Positions 9,469-18,204 of a DNA stretch of 64,000 bases are shown here, piece by piece. The DNA is taken from the NCBI GenBank assembly GCA_017433245.1, contig JAFRHO010000005.1:27183-91182 (forward strand), in the 5' to 3' direction. Both the position numbers and the translations under genes were made by a program. The stretch comes from Candidatus Saccharimonadota bacterium. GTDB lineage: Bacteria > Patescibacteriota > Saccharimonadia > Saccharimonadales > Saccharimonadaceae. The notes beneath the pieces were generated by a model. That model was not told where the DNA came from and searched no databases. It was given only the letters and a program-made list of their open reading frames with translations. Within the stretch, counting starts at the first letter, position 1. Every line of letters starts with the position of its first letter.

Positions 9469-9526
9469 GCCTCGAGACCTGTAATCAGGAAATCTCCCCG
9501 AGGCTGTTCCATTAAAACTATTAATG
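9469..9526 (-). promoter_or_regulatory. Structured rpsB 5' leader (candidate r-protein autoregulatory RNA)
   Basis: Minus strand GCCTCGGGG-AGATTT-CCTG-ATTA-CAGG-TCTCGAGGC nested stem between TGGTATAAT (9532-9540) and the SD. Confidence 0.55.
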
Positions 9527-9620
9527 ACATCATTATACCACATACGCTTGCAAAATGCAATATTCTACGCTAGAATTACGCTAGGAAACAGGGTGTCGTA
9601 CGTTAAAAGGAGGTGAAAAG

Positions 9621-10283
9621 ATGTCTGATAATGATATGACCGTAAGTAGACAGATAAGCGTAATTATGACTGTTAGCACGGGTTATTATGAATTCAAAAG
9701 AATTCTGGAGTATGAAGATAGAAGGATGTACTTGTATGGAACGATTGATTCGATTGACACTGAAGACAAAGGTCTCTACTATGATGCCTCAATGACATCA
9801 AATATCATCGAACGCATTTTTGATTATAACCGCATGGATAGCGACATACCAGTAGAAAAGCGTAAACCAATTCTGCTCTATATTAATTCGCGAGGTGGCG
9901 ATATAGTAGAGGGGTTTGCGTTGGTTTCAGCTATTGAACTGAGTAAAACCCCGATTTACACAATTAATGTGGGTCAGTGGAGTTCAATGGCGTTTCTGAT
10001 TGGTATAGCGGGTCATAAACGCTTTTCGATGCCCAATATGATGTTTCTGATGCACGATGGTTCAACGGTGATGTTTGGTTCATCCAACAAGGTGCAGGAC
10101 AGGATTGATTTTGAGAAACGATTCGAAAGGGATGTTGTCCGAACACATGTATTGAAACACAGCAAAATGGATTCCGTCGACTATGACGCGTTGGCGCGCG
10201 TAGAGCTGTACTTATTGCCGGAAGATGCTCTGAAGCGCGGTTTTATCGACGAGATTGTTACAGATATCGAAGACATCCTGTAA
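9621..10283 (+). CDS. ClpP-family protease (divergent, accessory type)
   Basis: PILLYINSRGG, TINVGQWSSMA (catalytic Ser), RFSMPNMMFLMHD (His), ALKRGFIDEI; promoter TTGCAA-17-TAGAAT (9548-9576), SD AAGGAGGTG. Confidence 0.88.
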   Translation: MSDNDMTVSRQISVIMTVSTGYYEFKRILEYEDRRMYLYGTIDSIDTEDKGLYYDASMTSNIIERIFDYNRMDSDIPVEKRKPILLYINSRGGDIVEGFALVSAIELSKTPIYTINVGQWSSMAFLIGIAGHKRFSMPNMMFLMHDGSTVMFGSSNKVQDRIDFEKRFERDVVRTHVLKHSKMDSVDYDALARVELYLLPEDALKRGFIDEIVTDIEDIL

Positions 10284-10289
10284 CCCTAT

Positions 10290-10315
10290 AAGGTGAGCCC
10301 TAGGCTCACCTTTTT
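10290..10315 (+). terminator. Intrinsic terminator of the ClpP-like gene
   Basis: AAGGTGAGCC-CTA-GGCTCACCTT-TTT. Confidence 0.85.
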
Positions 10316-10355
10316 CTTTACATTTTCGTAAATCTCTGGTATAATGGTGGCAATT

Positions 10356-10712
10356 ATGAGTAAAAAAGAGTTACATCCTAAAGATTATCGCGACGTCGTG
10401 TTTTCTGACGAAGCGGCTGGCTTTTCGTTTTTGACCAAATCCACGGCGAAGAGTGAGGAAACCATTAAGTGGAAAGATGGCAAGGAATACCCTCTAGTTA
10501 AGGTGCAGATTTCGTCTGCTTCGCATCCGTTCTTTACTGGCGAAGAGAAGATCATCGATACCGAGGGTCGCGTAGACCGCTTCAAGGCGCGCGCAGCAAG
10601 AGCAGCTAAGTTGAAGACTGCACTTGAGAACAAGGCGAAGAAAGCCGCCAAGGAAGCAGACAAGAAAGCTAAGGCAAAAGAAGAGAAAATCGAGGCCAAG
10701 GTCAGCGAATAA
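10356..10712 (+). CDS. rpmE2: 50S ribosomal protein L31 type B with Lys/Ala-rich C-terminal extension
   Basis: [16 protein letters not shown]...[18 protein letters not shown]...DTEGRVDRF; no Zn-binding cysteines. Confidence 0.95.
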   Translation: MSKKELHPKDYRDVVFSDEAAGFSFLTKSTAKSEETIKWKDGKEYPLVKVQISSASHPFFTGEEKIIDTEGRVDRFKARAARAAKLKTALENKAKKAAKEADKKAKAKEEKIEAKVSE

Positions 10713-10731
10713 TTTAGCGAGTAATCTTGGG

Positions 10732-10758
10732 GCCGACCTTGAGAAAAGGTCGGTTTTT
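10732..10758. terminator. Terminator after rpmE2
   Basis: GCCGACCTT-GAGAA-AAGGTCGGT-TTTT. Confidence 0.8.
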
Positions 10759-10771
10759 GTTACCTATTTGG

Positions 10772-11377
10772 TTATTGTTCTTTAACTATAGGAGCTAGGA
10801 ATGCGCCAATAGCATCCTCTTTTGTATCAAACTGGTAAACCTCACCCATATCGGACACTTCGTAACAGTTGTCGTCCGCATTATAATAGATTGCGTAACC
10901 TGCTTCACCGATGAAAAATAGGTATTCAATATCATAGATTATCTCGGTCGACGGATAGTCTGTGATTTCTGTGATGGTGTTTTGGACTATAGTATCATCA
11001 TCGAATTCCTCCAAATCCTCCTCGGACTCTTCTGTTCCTAGATTATGGTAAAACCTTATAATATCCGTTTGGTCGGACATAATCACTTCGCCATGACCAT
11101 CTTGGTAGAGTTTTATCGCCATTTCGGGGCTCAATGTCGTAGCCGCCTGAGAAAGATTAGCAATAGTCGTCTGGGGGTCTAAATTCTCATATAACTTGAG
11201 GATGGGCGTCTCCGAATGTTCGGTCACCAATTCCATGGATGGGGTGTGGTTTTTGCTGGTCGTGATTAGGGTAACAACAACTGTAATTACGACGGCAAGT
11301 ATCGCTAACATAATTAGTACAAAGATTACTGGCTTCTTTTGTCTATTTGCTTGAAAAAATATATTAGAGTCTTCCAT
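10772..11377 (-). CDS. Hypothetical membrane-anchored acidic protein
   Basis: 201-aa ORF with N-terminal TM; start overlaps the upstream gene's stop (TAATG). Confidence 0.75.
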   Translation of the reverse strand: MEDSNIFFQANRQKKPVIFVLIMLAILAVVITVVVTLITTSKNHTPSMELVTEHSETPILKLYENLDPQTTIANLSQAATTLSPEMAIKLYQDGHGEVIMSDQTDIIRFYHNLGTEESEEDLEEFDDDTIVQNTITEITDYPSTEIIYDIEYLFFIGEAGYAIYYNADDNCYEVSDMGEVYQFDTKEDAIGAFLAPIVKEQ

Positions 11378-12894
11378 TAGTTTATTCCATTTAAAGTTAC
11401 GCTCTGGTCAATATTCCATGGCCTGAATGCCCACCAAGATGTATACCATTTGTAGGGTGTGCCTTTCGGAAAACCTTTGCTATTGGTGCGTGGGGTGGGT
11501 ATTTTATAAATCATCCTCTTGGGGAATAAGGGACCACCGTCGTATAGCACAACCTTATCTGAATACACCTCACCCACCATTGCAACATGCTTCCAGTCGC
11601 CACCATTAAAGAAATGTACTATGTCGCCAACTTTCAAATCTTTCCATTTGGTAATTTTGCCGACTTTGGACATTTTGATATGCTCCGGTTTACCACTACC
11701 GACTCCACCAAGGCTTTTTAAGCTAGTGGTTTTATAGAAGGTACTAACTGAATAATTACAGTTCGTCCGAACAGTGTTTTTATTCTTAAGGAACGTGATA
11801 ATATCTGTATTAGAATAGCCACCGCCGTGTTTTCTGGGATAATAGAAGGCGTCGTTACCTTTCCATTCAGTATACGTCGTCCCAATATCGTAATCCACAC
11901 CCCAAATCATCATGAGACCATAAATAAATTCTGATGCCTTCTGCAAATCGGCTGCGGTTTTGACCGGTATTTTCTTGATTCCACCTTTGCCATTAATGCG
12001 GCTAGCATAAGTCCAGAATACGCCGTTTTTACTCTTATCCAAGTTCTGAATGTATTTGAGAAGACCACCGGCTTTTTTAAGTTTTGCATCAACGTTTTTG
12101 TAATAAAAATCTTTCTTGTGTTGATTGATTGTGGCTATCGTTTCGGCACGCAGATGTGCCTTGCCATTGAAGCGAGTATTTTCCATATTACCAGTGGTTT
12201 CTCTCTGCGAGCTACCCTTGCTACTTGGTTTAGATGATGGTCGTGATGGGCTTATACTCGAGCCAGAGCTCGATGAATCTTGCACACATTCGATGTCGGT
12301 TTTTGCTGTTTTACCTTTAGAAGAAACCGCGGTAATGCCACTCGTGCCCGGTGCAACACATTTGGCATACGTTCCAATTGTGGTGAGAATGTTGGGGTTA
12401 TTGCTGCTCAAAGAATACGTTTCGTCTCCGGTTTGACTAGCAAAAGTAACACTAGGCGAAAAAGTTTTGCCTACGACCGCAGTTCCAGAAAATGAAATCG
12501 ACAATTCGGAGGCTTGTTGGTTATTATTGACTGTACTGGAGCTCGAGTTAGGAAGCAGCCACCTGAGTCCAGCCCAAAGAACAACATAACAAACAACGCC
12601 GATTATTATTTCATACAAGCGACGTTTAGCCTTAGCCGTATTGGTTGGGTCACCTTTAGACGTAAGATATTGCGTTCCGGCAACAGCAATACCAATTACG
12701 GCTGTAATCCCAATACCTATCGAGAAAATATCTAAAAAAAGTGAAAGGAGATGAAATATACCGCCACTTCCACCTTCGTCACATGAAACCATAGAGGTCT
12801 CTACCCCACCACAAGAAGTCGCAGATGCAGATTTTGAGATAAATATGGCTAAGGTGACGATTATTAACAAAATCAGTGGTTTCTTTTTAACCAT
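11377..12894 (-). CDS. CPR pilin-like (TrbC/VirB2-type) N-domain fused to an Ig-like domain and a C-terminal NlpC/P60/CHAP-like Cys-His domain
   Basis: Signal peptide, CGGVETSMVSC, IGITAVIGIAVAGTQYLTSKGDP...AKAKRRL..IIIGVV; Ig-like SSNNPNILT...PGTSGITA; Ser-rich linker; TNCNYSVS...LKVGDIVHF...KHVAMV; start set at ATG 6 nt after TATAAT. Confidence 0.7.
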   Translation of the reverse strand: MVKKKPLILLIIVTLAIFISKSASATSCGGVETSMVSCDEGGSGGIFHLLSLFLDIFSIGIGITAVIGIAVAGTQYLTSKGDPTNTAKAKRRLYEIIIGVVCYVVLWAGLRWLLPNSSSSTVNNNQQASELSISFSGTAVVGKTFSPSVTFASQTGDETYSLSSNNPNILTTIGTYAKCVAPGTSGITAVSSKGKTAKTDIECVQDSSSSGSSISPSRPSSKPSSKGSSQRETTGNMENTRFNGKAHLRAETIATINQHKKDFYYKNVDAKLKKAGGLLKYIQNLDKSKNGVFWTYASRINGKGGIKKIPVKTAADLQKASEFIYGLMMIWGVDYDIGTTYTEWKGNDAFYYPRKHGGGYSNTDIITFLKNKNTVRTNCNYSVSTFYKTTSLKSLGGVGSGKPEHIKMSKVGKITKWKDLKVGDIVHFFNGGDWKHVAMVGEVYSDKVVLYDGGPLFPKRMIYKIPTPRTNSKGFPKGTPYKWYTSWWAFRPWNIDQSVTLNGIN

Positions 12895-13001
12895 ATGTAT
12901 ATTATACCGCATTCTTGCTAAATACAAGAATGTCAGTGTGACTGCGATTTGGTATAAAACTAACAAAGATGTTATAATTATTATATAAATAAGGAGTGAT
13001 T

Positions 13002-13547
13002 ATGTTTGACACCAAAGAAGACCGCAAAAAAATGGAGAGCGTGGTCGAACGATTTGATAGTGAGATGAAGAAAGTGCGTACCGGACGGGCTCATCCAGAT
13101 ATGTTAGCCGGCATTAAAGTGGAAGCTTACGGACAATTTATGCCACTAAACCAAGTCGCGAATGTTACTGCATCAGACGCAACATTGTTGGTTGTTACGC
13201 CATTTGACCCAACCAATATCAAATCTATCTCTGAGGCGATTCGGAATGATCAATCCCTTGGATTAAATCCAGCTGATGATGGCAGAATTATCAGAGTACC
13301 AATTCCATCTCTAACTGAAGAACGTCGCAAGGAAATCGTTAAAAACGCTTCAGCAAAGGTAGAGGAAGCCAAGGTTGCAATTCGTAACGTGCGTGAGGAT
13401 GCGCGTAAAGCTGTAAAAATTGCCGCTGAGATGGGTGAGGATGTCAAGAAACGAGCTGAGAAGGAAATTGACGAATTGACTAAAGAGTTTAACGACAAGA
13501 TTGATGCAGCGTTCAAATCTAAGTCGCAAGAGATAATGAAGTTATGA
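13002..13547 (+). CDS. frr: Ribosome recycling factor
   Basis: KVRTGRAHP, LGLNPADDG.IIRVPIPSLTEERRKE, AKVAIRNVR; SD AAGGAG. Confidence 0.97.
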   Translation: MFDTKEDRKKMESVVERFDSEMKKVRTGRAHPDMLAGIKVEAYGQFMPLNQVANVTASDATLLVVTPFDPTNIKSISEAIRNDQSLGLNPADDGRIIRVPIPSLTEERRKEIVKNASAKVEEAKVAIRNVREDARKAVKIAAEMGEDVKKRAEKEIDELTKEFNDKIDAAFKSKSQEIMKL

Positions 13548-14215
13548 GTTTGATACATCTAGGAGTAATTGCCGACGGAAATCGACGGTGGGCGAAAGAG
13601 CGGGGTCTGCCCTCAATTGAAGGTCATCGCCAGGGATTGAAGTCAATCGAGAAATTAGTGAATGGCGCAATGGATGCCGGTATTCAGTATATTACATTCT
13701 ATGTATTTAGTACCGAGAACTGGGGGCGAAGCGAGAAAGAGGTTTCATATATACTGAAATTAGCCGAGACGAAGATTTTAGGCTATGCTGAGAAAATGAA
13801 AGCACGCAATGGTCGCATGGTGATTCTGGGTTCGAAGGGAAGAATCCCACCGAAGCTCCTCACTATTATCGAGAAAGCCGAGAAAATAACTGAAGATTGT
13901 GATGGGATTACGGTCGGGTTCTGTTTTAATTACGGTGGTGAGTTAGAAATCGCTGATGCGGCTAATGTCGCCCTGGAAGCAGAAGGCAAAATCACGCCGG
14001 AGACTATTCGAAAACACTTATATCATCCAGAAATACCAGATATTGATATGGTAGTACGTACTTCGGGTGAGGAACGGATTTCTGGATTTATGCTGTGGCG
14101 TTCATCATATGCGGAATTTATGTTTATTAAGAAGTACTTCCCAGAGATGGATGAAGATGATATTAAAACCATCCTGAAAGAATACGATAAACGTAACCGT
14201 AGATTCGGAAAATAG
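13544..14215 (+). CDS. uppS: Undecaprenyl diphosphate synthase
   Basis: HLGVIADGNRRWA, FSTENWGRS, NYGG, RTSGEERISGFMLW. Confidence 0.96.
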   Translation: MSLIHLGVIADGNRRWAKERGLPSIEGHRQGLKSIEKLVNGAMDAGIQYITFYVFSTENWGRSEKEVSYILKLAETKILGYAEKMKARNGRMVILGSKGRIPPKLLTIIEKAEKITEDCDGITVGFCFNYGGELEIADAANVALEAEGKITPETIRKHLYHPEIPDIDMVVRTSGEERISGFMLWRSSYAEFMFIKKYFPEMDEDDIKTILKEYDKRNRRFGK

Positions 14216-14231
14216 TGCTATAATATAATAT

Positions 14232-15545
14232 ATGGATATAGTAATCGGTATTATTGTGGGGCTTGTCGTACTGATGCTACTCGTGATTGCACATGAGTTT
14301 GGGCATTTTTTGGCGGCAAGGCGGAATGGTGTTAATGTATTAGAATTCGGAATTGGATTTCCGCCACGAGCGATTGCTTGGCAGAAAGATTCGAGGACTG
14401 GCAAGTGGAAGCGATTACCACGGAGCGAGTGGAAAAAAGAACAGATGTCAAAAGTCGTCTACTTGAAGGAGGATGAGAGCCTCGCACAGAAAGGCATGAT
14501 TTTTAGTCTAAACTGGCTACCGATTGGAGGTTTTTGTCAGATGGATGGTGAATCGGCCGCCGATAAGCGCCCCGGAACTTTCGGTAAAGCGAATTTCTGG
14601 GCAAAGACGAAGATTCTATTTGCCGGTGTGACAATGAACTGGTTAGTGGCGTTTATTATCTTTACGATACTGGCATGGACTGGGATGCCAGAGTTCCTCG
14701 ATGGACAGTTTACGATACCAGATGACACCAAAAGGGATGCTGCACCAGTCCAGATTACTTCTGTGGCGGAAGATTCACCGGCAGAGCGCGCGGGACTCCT
14801 GGCTGGAGACTATATTATCGCGGTGGATGGAAATGAATTTGCTTATTCTGATGAGATTATCGATTACAACACTGCGCACGCTGGAGGCGAAGTGAAATAC
14901 AAGATAGAAAGAACTGAGACGGTTTGTGTCAATCAACCGAATTGTATTACAGCGCCGTGCCCATGTCGCGAAGAAGAGAAGCAAAGGAAGGTATACGAAC
15001 CAACTGTAACTTTAAATTCGGCGGATTCGGATTACCTGCTAGGTGTTACTATGGCTTCTTCCCAAACAATAACATATTCAACTTGGTCTGCACCGCTAGT
15101 GGGAGCGGGGCTGACTTTACAACTTACTGGAGAGACATTTAAAGGCGTAGGGCTAATGCTTGGCAACTTAATCTCTGGCACAGCACGTTTGTTTAGTCCA
15201 GATGATGCCGTGCGTGAGAGCGGGCAAGAGGCATTATCTGAAGTAAAGGATTCAGTATCTGGGCCAGTGGGAATTATCGGCGTGCTATTCCCGGCATTTA
15301 CAGCGGCGGGGCCATCTAACCTAGCATTCTTGGCGGCCCTGATTAGTGTGTCGCTGGCCTGCATGAACGTACTGCCGATACCAGCGCTAGATGGCGGACG
15401 ATGGTTACTGATTGCAATTTATAAGCTGCGCAAGAAAGAGCTAACCAAGGAGACGGAAGAAAAAATTGTTTCTAGAGCGTTCATGATACTTTTGGCTTTA
15501 ATTTTTATCGTGACGATTCTTGACATCGTAAGGATAGCGCATTGA
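14232..15545 (+). CDS. rseP: RIP metalloprotease (M50) with PDZ domain
   Basis: HEFGH, EFGIGFPP, LPIGGFC, AGVTMN, SPAERAGL..GD, NVLPIPALDGG. Confidence 0.94.
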   Translation: MDIVIGIIVGLVVLMLLVIAHEFGHFLAARRNGVNVLEFGIGFPPRAIAWQKDSRTGKWKRLPRSEWKKEQMSKVVYLKEDESLAQKGMIFSLNWLPIGGFCQMDGESAADKRPGTFGKANFWAKTKILFAGVTMNWLVAFIIFTILAWTGMPEFLDGQFTIPDDTKRDAAPVQITSVAEDSPAERAGLLAGDYIIAVDGNEFAYSDEIIDYNTAHAGGEVKYKIERTETVCVNQPNCITAPCPCREEEKQRKVYEPTVTLNSADSDYLLGVTMASSQTITYSTWSAPLVGAGLTLQLTGETFKGVGLMLGNLISGTARLFSPDDAVRESGQEALSEVKDSVSGPVGIIGVLFPAFTAAGPSNLAFLAALISVSLACMNVLPIPALDGGRWLLIAIYKLRKKELTKETEEKIVSRAFMILLALIFIVTILDIVRIAH

Positions 15546-16369
15546 TGACGGGTGTCGCCGAGGTTGACGTGGTCAAGGAAGCGCCTGATAATAAGCCGTA
15601 TAGACATGGGTGGAAAACGTTTTTCATCGTGCTCGCAATGCTGTTATGGACATATTCTTCAGTGATGGTATCCGAATATGTAGTAAGATACATAATGATA
15701 ATGATACTAGGAGCGGAAGCGTTCTCGCAGCCGGTTGTCATGGCGGTTTATTCAGCTTTGTCCTATATTATAGCAATGTTGTTGGTAGTTTTGGTTCCAG
15801 CTAAGATTATGAAGAAAGCCAAAGGCCAGAAAAAAAATACGATGCAAAAAGGAAGACTAATAAACTGGAAAACGTTAGGGCTACATAAATGGCCAACCTG
15901 GACAGATATTGGACTGGCACCGGTGGGATATGTAGTTTATTTAATATTAGCTGGTGGCCTAGTAGCATTGTTTAGTCTGTTTACTTGGTTTGATGCCGGA
16001 GAAACTCAGAGTATAGGATTTAGCTATTATGTAACTGGGGTGGATAGGTTGATTGCTTTTTTAACTTTGATAGTAATTGCGCCAATTGCCGAGGAAATTA
16101 TCTTCCGGGGGTGGCTATATGGACGAATGCGAGAAAGACTAGCAAAACAGTATTCGAATAAAGTGTCAATGATGGTATCGATTTTTCTGGTGTCGTTACT
16201 GTTTGGTATCATACACGGACAATGGAATGTTGGGGTCAATGTGTTTGCTTTATCGATTGTGTTGTGTGGGCTGCGTGAGATTACTGGTTCGATTCATGCT
16301 GGGGTACTGCTCCATATGTTAAAAAACGGCATTGCATTCTTCTTACTTTTCGTAATGGGTATGGGGTGA
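15545..16369 (+). CDS. CPBP/Abi (CAAX protease II) family membrane protease
   Basis: APIAEEIIFRG, LFGIIH, LLHMLKN motifs. Confidence 0.92.
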   Translation: MTGVAEVDVVKEAPDNKPYRHGWKTFFIVLAMLLWTYSSVMVSEYVVRYIMIMILGAEAFSQPVVMAVYSALSYIIAMLLVVLVPAKIMKKAKGQKKNTMQKGRLINWKTLGLHKWPTWTDIGLAPVGYVVYLILAGGLVALFSLFTWFDAGETQSIGFSYYVTGVDRLIAFLTLIVIAPIAEEIIFRGWLYGRMRERLAKQYSNKVSMMVSIFLVSLLFGIIHGQWNVGVNVFALSIVLCGLREITGSIHAGVLLHMLKNGIAFFLLFVMGMG

Positions 16370-16386
16370 TGTGATATAATGTACCT

Positions 16387-17613
16387 ATGAGATTATCGAA
16401 AACTTTTATCAAAACTTTACGTGAAGCACCGAAAGACGAGACAGCAAAGAACGGCGCATATTTGATCCGAGCGGGATATGTCCACAAAGAAATGGCGGGG
16501 GTTTATGACTATTTGCCGCTGGGGCTTAGGGTGATTGACAACATTAAGGCAATCATTCGCGACGAATTAAATAGAATAGGTTGCGAGGAATTATCGTTGA
16601 CGACCTTACAGAATCCGGAACCATGGGAAAAGACAGGTAGATTTGATGACCAGGAAGTAGATATTTGGTTTAAAACGGAGCTGACTTCGGGTGGCGTGTT
16701 AGGACTTGCTCCGACACATGAGGAGCCCGTCACGAATCTAATGAAGAGTTATCTTTCTAGCTACAAAGATTTACCGGTCGCGGTGTACCAGTTCCAAACT
16801 AAGTTTAGAAACGAATTAAGAGCTAAGTCAGGGCTAATGCGCGGACGGGAGTTCTTGATGAAAGATTTATATAGCTTCCATACTTCAGAGGAAGATTTGG
16901 ATGCGTTCTATACCAAGGTAGAGGACGCTTATCGACGGATTTTTGAACGGGCTGGAATTGGAGGTTGCACTTATGAAACGTTTGCCTCAGGCGGGATTTT
17001 CTCGAAGTATTCACATGAGTTCCAGACAATGCTGCCGGTAGGGGAGGATACCATATATTATAATAACGACAAATCAGTGGTACTGAATAAAGAAGTGTAC
17101 AATGACGAGGTGCTGGCTGACCTTGGTGCGAGTGGTGAAACATTTGAGGAAACCACGGCAGCGGAAGTAGCAAATATCTTTAAACTAAAGCATAAGTATT
17201 CGAAACCTTTGGGGTTAAATTTCATTGATGAAAACAATAAGCAACAGACTGTGTATATGGGTTGCTACGGAATTGGGATTTCAAGACTAATGGGGGTGAT
17301 TGCGGAGAAATACGCGGATGATAAGGGGTTGGTCTGGCCGGACACGGTGGCACCTTTCCAGTACCACTTGATTGGGATTGGTGAAAAAGGCATAGCGGAG
17401 GCGGAGAAGTTCTATGCCGGGCGCGAGAATAGAGTATTATATGATGACCGTGATAAGCGACCAGGAGAGAAGTTTGCCGATGCGGAACTAATGGGTATAC
17501 CGCTCCGAATTGTGATTTCAGACCGAACGCTTGAAGAGGGTATGGCAGAAATCACCGACCGCAAAACGGGCAAAAGTTGGACGATTGCGATTAGTGAACT
17601 ATTTGAGAAGTAG
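16387..17613 (+). CDS. proS: Proline--tRNA ligase (no editing insertion)
   Basis: LAPTHEE, YQFQTKFRNELRAKSGLMRGREFLMKDLYSF, MGCYGIGISR, GEKFADAEL. Confidence 0.97.
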   Translation: MRLSKTFIKTLREAPKDETAKNGAYLIRAGYVHKEMAGVYDYLPLGLRVIDNIKAIIRDELNRIGCEELSLTTLQNPEPWEKTGRFDDQEVDIWFKTELTSGGVLGLAPTHEEPVTNLMKSYLSSYKDLPVAVYQFQTKFRNELRAKSGLMRGREFLMKDLYSFHTSEEDLDAFYTKVEDAYRRIFERAGIGGCTYETFASGGIFSKYSHEFQTMLPVGEDTIYYNNDKSVVLNKEVYNDEVLADLGASGETFEETTAAEVANIFKLKHKYSKPLGLNFIDENNKQQTVYMGCYGIGISRLMGVIAEKYADDKGLVWPDTVAPFQYHLIGIGEKGIAEAEKFYAGRENRVLYDDRDKRPGEKFADAELMGIPLRIVISDRTLEEGMAEITDRKTGKSWTIAISELFEK

Positions 17614-17739
17614 ATTGCTCATGTTTATGATTGACTTGCTGCGTAGTGTGGCATAAATCCTGCTAATGTTTCTTAATAGTATTGACATAAGAATGGTTTT
17701 CGTGTAGACTTATATAAGTCTTAAATTGGAGTGACGGTT

Positions 17740-18186
17740 ATGATTAAAAAATCGATTAGTTTAACTGCCGAGGGCAAGAAAGAGCTCGAGGCCGAATTAG
17801 AAAGTTTGATTAAGAGTCGCCCGGAGATTGCAGAAAAGATTGCGACGGCGCGAGCTTTTGGTGATTTGTCGGAGAACGAAGAATACAGTTCTGCGCGCAA
17901 TGAGCAGAAGATTGCTGAGAGTCGGATTCTCGAAATCCAAGACATTTTGAAGAATGCGAAGGTAATTCGAGGCGGGAAGCGCAGTAAAATTGACCTCGGT
18001 GTGACTTGCAACCTGGACTTCGGTGGTAGGAAGGTAACTTATACGTTGGTCGGGCCAACGGAAGCGAATCCGCTCGAGGGGAAGATTTCGAACGAATCGC
18101 CGATTGGAAAGGCATTACTTGGTCGTAAGGCTGGCGAAGAGTTTGATTTTAATAACAAAAAGGTAAAGATTGTCGAAATCCAGTAA
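17740..18186 (+). CDS. greA: Transcription elongation factor GreA
   Basis: ARAFGDLSENEEY, ISNESPIGKALLG; promoter TTGACA-17-TAGACT 17682-17710. Confidence 0.97.
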   Translation: MIKKSISLTAEGKKELEAELESLIKSRPEIAEKIATARAFGDLSENEEYSSARNEQKIAESRILEIQDILKNAKVIRGGKRSKIDLGVTCNLDFGGRKVTYTLVGPTEANPLEGKISNESPIGKALLGRKAGEEFDFNNKKVKIVEIQ

Positions 18187-18204
18187 CATGATATAATATA
18201 TAAT

